From NCBI GenBank assembly GCA_947175435.1, contig CAMWMS010000001.1, positions 2,851-66,850 of the forward strand: a DNA stretch of 64,000 nt. The letters run 5' to 3'. Origin of the DNA: an uncultured Lachnospiraceae bacterium. Its GTDB lineage: Bacteria; Bacillota; Clostridia; Lachnospirales; Lachnospiraceae. The notes under the pieces are model-generated. The model worked only from the letters and a program-made list of their open reading frames with translations. It ran no database searches and was not told where the DNA came from. The position numbers and the translations under genes were made by a program. Shown here one piece after another: positions 10,530 through 20,284 of this stretch; positions within the stretch are counted from its first letter, which is position 1; each line of letters starts with the position of its first letter.

Positions 10530-10824
10530 TACTTTCCGTGGGTATCGTGGATATGGAATCTGTGGTTTTTGGAAAAGAAGCAGAAGAAACTCTGCAAAAT
10601 TATTTAATCAATGCCGGCCGATGGAGCGATGAGTATGTACTTAATCCGCTTTCCCCTATAAAAATCGGTAACGATGATGCGTGGATTGTACAGGAATAAA
10701 TGAAAGATATTTTTCTGTTGTCATCCTAAAATATGGAAACACTCCTCTCCCCGGAATGCGGAAAGAGGGGTGCTTCTTTTTGTCATCAATGTAAGGATTT
10801 CTGTTACCAATTATCTTATGCCTG

Positions 10825-10855
10825 CTATCAAATGCCGCAGTACGAATGCCGATAC
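10825..10855 (+). promoter_or_regulatory. Putative sigma28 (SigD/FliA) promoter
   Basis: CTATCAA-N16-GCCGATAC, same layout as 9484-9514. Confidence 0.6.
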
Positions 10856-10919
10856 AAAATACATGACGAATACACAGTTAAGTAACTGTCATCACAACAC
10901 TGCAGAAGGGATTAGGAAT

Positions 10920-11984
10920 ATGGCTGTACCAAACATTGAAAACAACATACCAAATATGTCCGTTTATAAGCGTCAGGACTGCACAGAAGAGGTGTGGGAG
11001 AAAGTAGCAAAATTTGATATGAACAATCTGAACCCTGCATGGAGCACGTTGCAGAGGATTCCAAGCTATGATGTTTCGGAGATGATCTGTGAAAACTATT
11101 CTGACTTCCGTGTCATAAAAGGAATGCCGAAATCCGTATTTGGGGATCAGTTCGGATATGATATGCAGAAGGATATTGGGAAATGTATGTCCGATTATTA
11201 CGCAGGCAGGATCAGCCGTGATGAGGTGCAGGTTTTCTTTCAACGGTGTTGTAATGACATGCGTTCTTATAGAACCAAGCAGCGCCAGACAACGGGTACG
11301 GATATTGCGGATAATCAGAAGATCGCAGGTCAGGTATATGAAGTGTTTGCAAAGGAGAATCAGAGAGCGGCATGTCGTGCGAATTATGCAGAGGGAGAAG
11401 CGCTTAACGGCACATACGGGGGCATGCAAAATGACTGGGCTTATTACAATGCGGACTATTATTATATGTGCGTGGATGGCAATCAAATGTTATGCGGGCT
11501 GCTTGATGAGATTGTAGATAAATGGGAGCTTCCACCGATTGATCCGGATGAGCTTGAGGCAAATTCCGGATTTATATTGGATGGCGGATTTGACTTTAAC
11601 AGTGGTTGGAATTTCCATTTCCGAAATCAGGCGGGGAGAGCGAGTATGGCGGATGAATCTGTAGAACCGCCGAAAGATTTCAAGTTTTTCTTTAAGGGAA
11701 ATTATGAGGCAGACAAAGGATATTCGGGGGACACAGGTTATGTATCCGTTGCCTTAGACGGTATGAAGTACAGCAGGAGTATATCTTTTCAGGTGGCCAA
11801 GGATGGCGGAACGAAAGGCGAAATATATTCGTTATCCGAGCTGTTATATGGCGATGGCAGAGTACCCGGCAGTGGTAAGGATTACAGTCGGTTTCTGAGT
11901 AATGTGACCGTTTTTACAAGCTGGTATGCTCATCACACAGGTATGATTGATCGATGTGGAAATTATGTACCAAAAAGGGACTAA
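10920..11984 (+). CDS. Hypothetical protein
   Basis: Long ORF; likely start MAVPNIEN at 10920, downstream of the sigma28-like promoter. Confidence 0.7.
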   Translation: MAVPNIENNIPNMSVYKRQDCTEEVWEKVAKFDMNNLNPAWSTLQRIPSYDVSEMICENYSDFRVIKGMPKSVFGDQFGYDMQKDIGKCMSDYYAGRISRDEVQVFFQRCCNDMRSYRTKQRQTTGTDIADNQKIAGQVYEVFAKENQRAACRANYAEGEALNGTYGGMQNDWAYYNADYYYMCVDGNQMLCGLLDEIVDKWELPPIDPDELEANSGFILDGGFDFNSGWNFHFRNQAGRASMADESVEPPKDFKFFFKGNYEADKGYSGDTGYVSVALDGMKYSRSISFQVAKDGGTKGEIYSLSELLYGDGRVPGSGKDYSRFLSNVTVFTSWYAHHTGMIDRCGNYVPKRD

Positions 11985-12006
11985 AAACAAGATATAGGTA
12001 AAAATC

Positions 12007-12050
12007 AACCAGCAGCTCACTTTCCAAAAGCACGTAAGTGGGCTGCTGGT
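12007..12050. terminator. Hairpin between convergent genes (probable bidirectional terminator)
   Basis: ACCAGCAGCTCACTT...AAGTGGGCTGCTGGT. Confidence 0.6.
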
Positions 12051-12054
12051 ATGC

Positions 12055-13299
12055 TCACATACTCCGCCTACAATACGTCCGCACCGTCAACCACAGGAAA
12101 AGCGGAATCTCAATTGCCGGAACGATCATCAGAAGCCACGGTGTCCATACGGTGAGAGACCCGAATTTCAGAAATTCAAAGTAATATGTTACGGAATAGC
12201 TAAACGAGTTGCTTCCGCCCAGCGCGCCGGAAGGGAACAGAACCCTTAAGTAAGCGGAAAGTGCATTGCCGATCATCATGTAAAAGACGGACGGAAACAG
12301 GACGAAGGCGATGGTCAGTCCGGTGGAAATCGTCGTATTCCTGCATGCGGAGGAAACGAACAGTATGAAGCTGACGCAGGCAAGCAGCGCGATAAAGCCG
12401 GCAAGCATAACAAGATTCTGAAGCTGCCCCATGTTTAGACCAAGCAGCGTGGCTGCAGAGAAAAGTATCTGCATGGAGGTCTGGCGGCATTCCCAGCCGA
12501 AAAGGCTGTTGGAGATTACCATGAAAATCGCCATGCACAGCACAAACATAACAATGCTGATGGTCAGGGCTGATAATATTTTCACAAAAGCAAGGTTTCG
12601 CCGTCCGTGCCTGGTACTGCGCAGGATATCGTCCGCACCCGTCTGGTATTCGCAGCTAAATAACGGGGCTGTGACCATGACGCACAGAAACATCAGGACA
12701 AACAGGTAGATACCCTCATATTCAAACATATTGGTATCATAACCCGGATAGTAATAGAAGGGCATTGTCACTTTATCATACATTTTAGCGGCAATCTGCT
12801 GCGCCTGCGGATTTTTTCTCTGCTCCAGTTTCATCAGATCGGTCAGATGGGTGCGGCAGCGCTCGTAAAAGTTTAGGGCGTCCTCTTCGGTCATTTCCGT
12901 ATAGTCCGGAGCCAGTCCGCTTTCAGAGTCGGCCATGACTTCGCGCAGTCTGCTGACTTGCGGCGACCAAGGGAAAATTTCACTGTTGTGCACATTGCGG
13001 GGAAAATCCCCATAGAAATCCCCGTATATTTCCAGATTCTTCTGATAGGCATGCAGCCCCTCTGCCATTTTCTCCGGGGTCACTTCTCCAGCGTTCGGGC
13101 TCTGCAATTCTTTACGTATAGCAAGGGCTTCACGGCCCTTTATCGTTATTTCCTGACCGTTTTCCTCATAGGTAAACCGCACGTAAGTGACAGGCGCATA
13201 TGCCATAAAGACAGATAAAATCACCGCCGCGGCAAGGAATAGGAGAGTGCTTCTGGTGCGTAAGACGCGTTTCAGTTCTTCTTTATATAATCTTGTCAT
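12055..13299 (-). CDS. ABC transporter permease (ABC-2-like)
   Basis: N-terminal TM, large extracellular loop, FSCEYQTGADDILRSTRHGR motif, several C-terminal TMs. Confidence 0.85.
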   Translation of the reverse strand: MTRLYKEELKRVLRTRSTLLFLAAAVILSVFMAYAPVTYVRFTYEENGQEITIKGREALAIRKELQSPNAGEVTPEKMAEGLHAYQKNLEIYGDFYGDFPRNVHNSEIFPWSPQVSRLREVMADSESGLAPDYTEMTEEDALNFYERCRTHLTDLMKLEQRKNPQAQQIAAKMYDKVTMPFYYYPGYDTNMFEYEGIYLFVLMFLCVMVTAPLFSCEYQTGADDILRSTRHGRRNLAFVKILSALTISIVMFVLCMAIFMVISNSLFGWECRQTSMQILFSAATLLGLNMGQLQNLVMLAGFIALLACVSFILFVSSACRNTTISTGLTIAFVLFPSVFYMMIGNALSAYLRVLFPSGALGGSNSFSYSVTYYFEFLKFGSLTVWTPWLLMIVPAIEIPLFLWLTVRTYCRRSM

Positions 13300-13319
13300 G
13301 ATGCTATTCCTTTCTAGAG

Positions 13320-14207
13320 TTATTTTAGGTGCAAATACAAATCTTCCAATGTAGGATTCTGCGCCTCGGCCTCCGGGATATCCGTCGGATTCCCCAGATA
13401 TCTGAGACAGATACTGCCATCTGCCTCGTTACGCAGATTGACGATCTGTATCTTGGGGTCGGATTCCCACATGTGAAGCTCCTGCGGTGGGATCACGGCT
13501 TGAAATACTTTGCCGTGCATCTGCGACACCAGTTCCTGCGTGGTGCCGGTCAGCAGGATTTCCCCGTTTTTCATAATGGCGTTCCTCGTTGCGATATATT
13601 CTACGTCGGGTACGATGTGGGTGGAGATCAGCACGATCCGGTCTTTGGCAAATTCCGAGAGCAGATTGCGGAAGCGTACCCTCTCGCCGGGGTCAAGACC
13701 GCTGGTGGGCTCATCCAGAACGAGAAATTCCGGATCGTTCAGAAGAGCCTGTGCGATTCCGACACGGCGCTTCATACCACCGGAGAGTTTGATGATTCGT
13801 TTTCTGCGCACATCATCAAGAGACAGTCTCACAAGCAGCTCGTCGATTCGGTTTTTCACCTGTACATTAGTCAATCCCTTGAGTGCGGAGATGTATTCCA
13901 GATATTGCTGTACCGTAAATTCCGGATAAAAGCCGAATTCCTGCGGCAGATATCCGATGATGTCCCGATAAGCATCATCCAACTGCGTGATGTCTACGCC
14001 GTCATAGCAGATCCGTCCCGAGGTAGGCTTCATAATACCGCAGATCATACGCATCAGCGTGGTTTTGCCGGAACCGTTGGCACCGAGCAGTCCCCATACG
14101 CCGGGCGTAAGGTGCAGACTTACATCCGCCACAGCTTTTTTGACGGGAAGATTTTTATTGGATTTGTCTTTAAAATGTTTTGCTACATGTTCCAGTGTGA
14201 TTTCCAT
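13320..14207 (-). CDS. ABC transporter ATP-binding protein
   Basis: GANGSGKT, LSGGMKRR, LDEPT, STH. Confidence 0.93.
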   Translation of the reverse strand: MEITLEHVAKHFKDKSNKNLPVKKAVADVSLHLTPGVWGLLGANGSGKTTLMRMICGIMKPTSGRICYDGVDITQLDDAYRDIIGYLPQEFGFYPEFTVQQYLEYISALKGLTNVQVKNRIDELLVRLSLDDVRRKRIIKLSGGMKRRVGIAQALLNDPEFLVLDEPTSGLDPGERVRFRNLLSEFAKDRIVLISTHIVPDVEYIATRNAIMKNGEILLTGTTQELVSQMHGKVFQAVIPPQELHMWESDPKIQIVNLRNEADGSICLRYLGNPTDIPEAEAQNPTLEDLYLHLK

Positions 14208-14223
14208 GATGTTCTCTCCTTCT

Positions 14224-14997
14224 TTAATCTAACATTTGCTCAACAGACTTATAAGAACATATGTTATGGTATTCGTGACAGATTACGACAATACAGATCA
14301 GAGCATATCCCGTCCAGAGACAGAGTCGTGCCGGAGTCTGCAACAAGCTACTCTTGTCGATAACTTCATAACTAAGCCATGAAGACAGTAGGCAGAGCAA
14401 TACACTTACAGTCGGAAAAACGGACGGTGTTGTGCGCGCCCACAGCATTATGCATGCCGTTGCCGCGGTCATAAACGGGACAATAAGAGTTATAATAGTG
14501 ACCGGAATAGTTAACCTAAATCTTCCGACAGCCAGAGCAAGAACGGTCAGCATACAGACGTCTCCGATACCGATAAACAGTAATTGGGATAGCAGACTGC
14601 CGCCGATGGCAAAGTGAGTGGACTGTTCCAGTTCAAACATTTTATATCTTGATGCCCGTTTTAAGATTGGGATGGCGCTCATTGCGACCACAGTGCCGCA
14701 GCCGCAGAGGAATTTGGGCAGAATATATAGATCCACCCATTCTAAAGTACTGTTTGTGTGTATACAGAAGAAGACAGCGCATAGAGCCGCCAGTACCATT
14801 CCCTGTGTAAGCCAGATTCTCCATGCCAGGAATTTGACCTGCTTCGTCACCAGTCCGGCGAAAGATAATACGGGAGTTTCCGCAAGATTCAGGTGGCCGG
14901 CTTGTTCCTGCACAAGCCGGAGCGTATCCAGCATATGGGATTCGTAGGCAGTGCCTTTTTCGATTGCGAATAAGTTCTTCCATTGTCTGTGAAGCAT
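14224..14997 (-). CDS. Multi-TM membrane protein, probable anti-sigma factor
   Basis: About 5-6 hydrophobic segments; directly downstream of the ECF sigma gene. Confidence 0.6.
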   Translation of the reverse strand: MLHRQWKNLFAIEKGTAYESHMLDTLRLVQEQAGHLNLAETPVLSFAGLVTKQVKFLAWRIWLTQGMVLAALCAVFFCIHTNSTLEWVDLYILPKFLCGCGTVVAMSAIPILKRASRYKMFELEQSTHFAIGGSLLSQLLFIGIGDVCMLTVLALAVGRFRLTIPVTIITLIVPFMTAATACIMLWARTTPSVFPTVSVLLCLLSSWLSYEVIDKSSLLQTPARLCLWTGYALICIVVICHEYHNICSYKSVEQMLD

Positions 14998-15078
14998 AGG
15001 ATACCTCCTTGTCGGGGATAGGGGTGGATCGTTTTACGTTGTATTACTACAGAACCGGTCGGATTGCGGCGTGGTAAA

Positions 15079-15612
15079 TTACATTGCAGCGGATTTATTC
15101 ATTTTCTGTACTGCCCGCCGCAGCTTAGTCTGTACCGTGCGCAGAGGAAGTCCCGTGACAGCGGAGATTTCCTTAAGCGACAGCTCCTGACCGTATCGCA
15201 GCAGCACAAGCTCCCGCTGTGTGGAATCCAGACAGGTTAAAGCCGATGTAAGCTGCAGTCTGTCCTCTGCGGTCTGAAATCCGCTTTCCGATTGAACTTC
15301 TGCTGACGCATAGTTTTCCGGCAGCGATTCGAGAGAGAGCTCCGGTACGGATCGTTTGCGTTTGATATCAATGCAGGTATTGGCAGCAATTTTATAGAGA
15401 AAAGACTTAAACTGTCCTCGGTGGTGGTAGCGGTCAATGAACCGCACCAGTTTAAGGAATGTCTCCTGTGTGGCATCCTGCGCGCTTTCCATGTCGGGCA
15501 TATGCCACATACAGTAGCGCAGAATGGCAGGATAGTACAGTTCCACCAGCTCGTTAAGACACTCACGCCTACCCTGTTTAATTTGTCTGATCAGTTCATC
15601 TTCGCGTGTCAA
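15079..15612 (-). CDS. ECF RNA polymerase sigma factor
   Basis: AQDATQETF, FLYKIAANTCID, and region 4 ELSLKEISAVTGLPLRTVQTKLRRA; TTG start. Confidence 0.9.
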   Translation of the reverse strand: MTREDELIRQIKQGRRECLNELVELYYPAILRYCMWHMPDMESAQDATQETFLKLVRFIDRYHHRGQFKSFLYKIAANTCIDIKRKRSVPELSLESLPENYASAEVQSESGFQTAEDRLQLTSALTCLDSTQRELVLLRYGQELSLKEISAVTGLPLRTVQTKLRRAVQKMNKSAAM

Positions 15613-15728
15613 GATAATCTCCTTTTATAATTCACATCCACGCCGGTTATGATATCAATTTACATATGATGGGTGTAAAATAAAAAGTAACAATTTTATT
15701 CATCTGTCCGGTAACCGGTTCTGTTATA

Positions 15729-15758
15729 TAGAACGTAGAAAAGAAATAAAATGATTCA
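15729..15758 (-). promoter_or_regulatory. Putative ECF-sigma autoregulatory promoter
   Basis: TGAATC-N17-CGTTCTA on the minus strand upstream of the sigma gene. Confidence 0.45.
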
Positions 15759-15829
15759 TGTTTGTGAAAAAATTGAATTTTGCCGGATTGAGTCTCAATT
15801 GCCCATGCAATTACATATAAAACGACAAC

Positions 15830-15867
15830 AAAAAAGACCGGCCAATTTTCCGTTGACCGGTCTTTTG
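15830..15867 (-). terminator. Rho-independent terminator of the MFS gene
   Basis: AAAAAGACCGGCCAA...TTGACCGGTCTTTTG. Confidence 0.7.
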
Positions 15868-15889
15868 TAATCCTGCTAAAAATAGTAAT

Positions 15890-17203
15890 TTATTTCAGTT
15901 TCGCTTTCTCCTCCGGACTCATCGGACGAACAAGGAAGAGACTCAGCAACAGAGCGATGATATAGAGCACAATTGTAAGATACAATACGTTTTGATACCC
16001 CACAGGGTTGATTGCGTTGCCGTGGGAGTCGGTGATAAATTCTCCCGTTTTATTTACGATCAGATTGGCAACCTGATTACCGGTAAGTCCTGCAAAAGCC
16101 CATGCGGATAATGTAATTCCGTGCAGTGCGCTGATACTTCCCATACCGTAGTGGTCGGAGAGGAGCGTAGGCACATTAGAGAAGCCGCCGCCGTAGCCTG
16201 CGTTGACAACGAAGATCAATCCCAGAACAAGAATTGTCAGCAGGATGTTGCCCTGACCGTTCCTGATACCGCCCGTCAGCATAACCAGTCCGGTAAATAC
16301 AATGGACAGAATGAAAATCAGCTTATAGATCGTGTTACGATCCTTCATCGTATCCGCCCATGCGGAGAAGCCGAGACGTCCTCCCGCATTAAAGACTGCG
16401 GAAACTGTGGAGATGACACCCACAACACCGGCAAGACCGATACATTTCACGATCATCTTTTCCTGAGAAATCAGTGCAAGACCGCAGGTGATGTTGATGT
16501 AGAACATCAGCCAGATACCGATATAGTTGGCAACAGGTCTTGTCTTGATGACAGAGATGATGCCCTGACCCTTCTCTTTCTTCTGCGGCTCATGCCAGCC
16601 TTCCGGTTTCTTGAGAAGCAGATGTCCCACGAACATCATAACGAAATATACGCACGCGAGGATTAGGAACATCTTGTAGATGCCGCCGTCTCCGAGGTTG
16701 TCAAGCATTGCCTGCATGATCGGGCTTGCAATCGCCTTAGCAGCGCCGAAGCCTGCAACCGCAAGACCGGTAGCAAGACCTTTACGGTCTTCAAACCAGA
16801 GCATAAGGGTCTTGACAGGAGATAAATATCCGGTTCCCAAGCCGATACCCATAATAAAACCGTAGCAGATATAGATACCGATCAGTGCCAGAGGACTTGC
16901 CTGATGCTGCCCGCCGTAGTAGATGAAAAATCCTGTTCCCGCCATACCTGCTGCGAAACAGATTGAGGCAATCAGCGAAGATTTATGTATGTCTTTCTCT
17001 ACTACATTTCCTAAAAATGCCGCCGACATTCCGAGGAAGAAGATCGCGAAGCTGAACGCCCACTCCGTAGCACCCTTGGAAAAGCCAATGTAGTCTGCAA
17101 TTTCCTGACTGAATATGGACCAGCAGTAGACCGTACCGATACTACAGTGAAGCAGAAGCGCCGGAATAGCGGCACATACCCATTTGTTTTGATTTTTTTT
17201 CAT
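15890..17203 (-). CDS. MFS transporter, oxalate:formate antiporter (OFA) family
   Basis: IGTVYCWSIF, WFEDRKGLATGLAVAGFG and GGGFSNVP motifs; 12 TMs. Confidence 0.88.
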   Translation of the reverse strand: MKKNQNKWVCAAIPALLLHCSIGTVYCWSIFSQEIADYIGFSKGATEWAFSFAIFFLGMSAAFLGNVVEKDIHKSSLIASICFAAGMAGTGFFIYYGGQHQASPLALIGIYICYGFIMGIGLGTGYLSPVKTLMLWFEDRKGLATGLAVAGFGAAKAIASPIMQAMLDNLGDGGIYKMFLILACVYFVMMFVGHLLLKKPEGWHEPQKKEKGQGIISVIKTRPVANYIGIWLMFYINITCGLALISQEKMIVKCIGLAGVVGVISTVSAVFNAGGRLGFSAWADTMKDRNTIYKLIFILSIVFTGLVMLTGGIRNGQGNILLTILVLGLIFVVNAGYGGGFSNVPTLLSDHYGMGSISALHGITLSAWAFAGLTGNQVANLIVNKTGEFITDSHGNAINPVGYQNVLYLTIVLYIIALLLSLFLVRPMSPEEKAKLK

Positions 17204-17448
17204 TGTGTAAGAGTCCTTTCTTATGTTATAGAAATATACTGAAACGCAAATACGGAATTGTATAATCCCAATTTATTTTACTCCTAATAATAAAAAAATT
17301 CAATAAGCGGAGAATAAATTGACAATTTTCGTATTTACAATATTTACTGCAAGGACTATTTGGGCAAAGCTGGCCATTTTTTGTGGATAATCCATGTGTG
17401 CAGGACTATTTTTAATTGTTGAACAAGTCAAGGACGGGCGCTTCATTC

Positions 17449-19251
17449 TTAGAGACGGATGGGAGGCAATAGGATCAAGGATGTCTCAGATTGTAGTTCC
17501 TCCGCAATTTTTTCGTCAGCCGCGGCTTGTTCATCTTTATGCAAAAGACGATAGATTTCTGCCCGATCCAAAAATGCCTCTTTGTATTGGGAATCCAGTT
17601 CGGTTGCCATTGTATAAAATTCAAGAGCCTTTTCTAAATCCCCTTTTTCTTTCCATGCAGTTCCGCAATGTTTGTAAGGGTTCGCAAAACTCGGGGCGAG
17701 TTCGATCGCTTTGCTAAAGTCGGCAATCGCCTTATCATATTCACCTAAAGTATTATAGGTATACCCGCGATTGTTATAGGCACTTTGATCGGCGGGGTTA
17801 AGTTCGATCGCTTTGTTATAATCGGCAATTGCTTTTTCATATTCTTTTAAATCATCATAAGTAGCTCCGCGGTTATAATAGGCGGTTTCATAATCGGGTT
17901 TTACTTCTATTGCTTTGCTATAATTTTCAATCGCTTTTTGATGTTCTCCTAAATTACTATAAGCGAGACCAAGGTCATTATAGAACGTAGATGTGGCTGG
18001 TTGCTTGTCAATTGCATTTTTGTAACATTTAACCGCGTTTGTGTAATCTTTTAAAGCGGCGCACCGATTACCGTGGCGCCAATAATCCCATGCCGTCATT
18101 TGATTTGTTTGTTCACGTTCGTTTTCGGAAGCTGTTCCACGGGTTTCGATTTTTTCTATTTCCTTCCGGAATTCAGTGTTGCTTTGAGTATCCTCTTTTT
18201 CAGCGTTTGCGGTGTATATTTTGTTTTCATATTCGGTGAGCCGCTTATATTCTTTCTCATAGTTTTCGATTTGTGTATTTGTCCGGGAGTTTAAGTATTG
18301 TTCTGTCTCGTGGACCCCAATCTTGTCGGCAAACATAGCATTTCCAATGGCAAGCATTACGGCATCAAACCCTGCTGTACAGACAAGATGTCCCTTTTTC
18401 TTTTGTACGAGGGATTGTATCTTTTCATTAGGAAGACCGAATTCTTCCACATAGCACCAATAGATACCGTTTTTCATCTTTACATTTTCATCGAGTAATA
18501 ATTCCATCAGACTGTTATCGCCTCCGCCATATCCGATGACAATAGGAGTATAGCTGTGAAATACGGAGACCAGAACGTCATGCCATTTTCCTTTTAACTC
18601 TTTTGTTTCCTCCGGCCTGTTTAGCGGGTCAAAGAAAATACCACGATGTACTTTGGCAATAATCGGTCGCTTGATATTGGGGTCCCCGGCGAAATCAGCT
18701 AAAAGCTCATGGTTAATGACAAGAGGTTTGCTGTCTGTATACATGAATAATGCGTCTTCCACCAGATTGTCAAAATTTGTGGTGATAACAAGGTTATTAC
18801 CGCCGTCCGAGGTCAACATGAGCGCCAAGGGATGGTAGCCGAAGCTTGGTTTTGATTTAGCCATGATATTTTCGAGATAGTGATATCCGTTTCGATGGTT
18901 CGGAAAGAAACGAAGTTTATATATATCGAAATAATATTCACTTGAAAGGGGACCGCCTGACTTTTTGGTTTCTTGCCAAGCTTCTTCTATTTCTTTGAAT
19001 TCGTGATCGAGAAGTTTGTCCGCCCGCAGTTTTTCCGCAATTGTGCGAACTTCAGCGAACCCGAGGTCTTTTTCTATTTCTTCCATCCATTTGCACTCTA
19101 ATCCACCGCCGGCGGGTATGCCGGAAGATACCGATGCACCTGAGCCGAGGATAAAGCAAAATCTTTCAGAATTGTTGTCCACATCCTTGATTGCCTTGAC
19201 CAATTGCTTAGTTGATATGATGCGATATTGTTCGATGATCTGTTTTGACAT
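17449..19251 (-). CDS. SIR2-like (SIR2_2) domain protein with C-terminal TPR repeats
   Basis: FILGSGASVSSGIP, ITTNFD, AKVHRG and IVIGYGGGD; about six TPRs (AYYNRG...YEKAIADYNKAIELNP). Confidence 0.85.
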   Translation of the reverse strand: MSKQIIEQYRIISTKQLVKAIKDVDNNSERFCFILGSGASVSSGIPAGGGLECKWMEEIEKDLGFAEVRTIAEKLRADKLLDHEFKEIEEAWQETKKSGGPLSSEYYFDIYKLRFFPNHRNGYHYLENIMAKSKPSFGYHPLALMLTSDGGNNLVITTNFDNLVEDALFMYTDSKPLVINHELLADFAGDPNIKRPIIAKVHRGIFFDPLNRPEETKELKGKWHDVLVSVFHSYTPIVIGYGGGDNSLMELLLDENVKMKNGIYWCYVEEFGLPNEKIQSLVQKKKGHLVCTAGFDAVMLAIGNAMFADKIGVHETEQYLNSRTNTQIENYEKEYKRLTEYENKIYTANAEKEDTQSNTEFRKEIEKIETRGTASENEREQTNQMTAWDYWRHGNRCAALKDYTNAVKCYKNAIDKQPATSTFYNDLGLAYSNLGEHQKAIENYSKAIEVKPDYETAYYNRGATYDDLKEYEKAIADYNKAIELNPADQSAYNNRGYTYNTLGEYDKAIADFSKAIELAPSFANPYKHCGTAWKEKGDLEKALEFYTMATELDSQYKEAFLDRAEIYRLLHKDEQAAADEKIAEELQSETSLILLPPIRL

Positions 19252-19515
19252 ATGGCAGGACTCCTTATTTCTTTTTCATATTTTAATCATATTATACTAT
19301 AATTATAGTAAAATAAAGGGTTGAACTAATTTCATCGAAAATAGTAACAGATAGAAGGAGATTGCAAAAATATAAGAGTAGTGTACAATAATAAGCAAAA
19401 TAATAAATTTTATGAACATGAACAGCAATTACAAAAAAGGCTTATACGTTTGATATATGGGAGATTATGCAATAGAATTTATGTGCAAAAAGCAGCAAAG
19501 AAACGAGGAGAGAAC

Positions 19516-20274
19516 ATGGAATTAAAAGATATTATCACATTAGTTACGAGAACAAAAACCTTTGTGGAAAACCGGGAGATGGCTGGTCATATTAAGGTCA
19601 AGGGTCCGGCAGACTATGTTACACAGGTCGATACGGATATTCAAAATTTTCTGTCATGCGAACTGGGCAGGCTGGCTCCCGGAATTCAGTTTCTTGGTGA
19701 AGAGGAAGGTCTACATGCGATGTCCGGAGATACCTACTGGATTCTTGACCCCATAGACGGTACGACAAACCTGATCCATGACTATCAGCACAGTGTCGTA
19801 TCGCTGGGATTATATGAAAAGGGAGAGATTACGCTGGGAATAGTCTACGATCCTTATCGGGAAGATGTTTATCACGCGCAGAAAGGGAAGGGAAGTTTTT
19901 TAAACGGAAGACCGATTCATGTATCGGAAGCGGAAACCCTCAGAGAAACGATTGTTACGATCGGAACATCGCCTTACGACAGAGAGCTGACGGAAGCGAA
20001 TTTCCGGCGTTTCCAGCGGGTTTTTGAGAAAAGTCAGGATATTCGCAGGACGGGTTCGGCGGCTCTTGATCTGGCTTATGTGGCTTGCGGGCGCACGGGA
20101 GGATTCTTTGAATCACTTCTCAACCCATGGGATTTTGCGGCGGGAATGCTGTTAGTCACGGAGGCTGGAGGAAATGTGACGAATTATGCAGGGGAGCCGC
20201 TGAACCTTTTACAAAGAGGAAGTGTTGTTGCTACGAATGGGAAGGTGCATGAGGAACTCAGGGGATTGATGTAG
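19516..20274 (+). CDS. Inositol monophosphatase family protein
   Basis: LGEE, WILDPIDGTTN, RRTGSAALDL, WDFAAG. Confidence 0.92.
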   Translation: MELKDIITLVTRTKTFVENREMAGHIKVKGPADYVTQVDTDIQNFLSCELGRLAPGIQFLGEEEGLHAMSGDTYWILDPIDGTTNLIHDYQHSVVSLGLYEKGEITLGIVYDPYREDVYHAQKGKGSFLNGRPIHVSEAETLRETIVTIGTSPYDRELTEANFRRFQRVFEKSQDIRRTGSAALDLAYVACGRTGGFFESLLNPWDFAAGMLLVTEAGGNVTNYAGEPLNLLQRGSVVATNGKVHEELRGLM

Positions 20275-20284
20275 GAGGATAAAG

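Noticed and set aside
10511-10699. 62-aa ORF
   Set aside because: Overlaps the previous stop and has no clear RBS or motif; at most a gene fragment.
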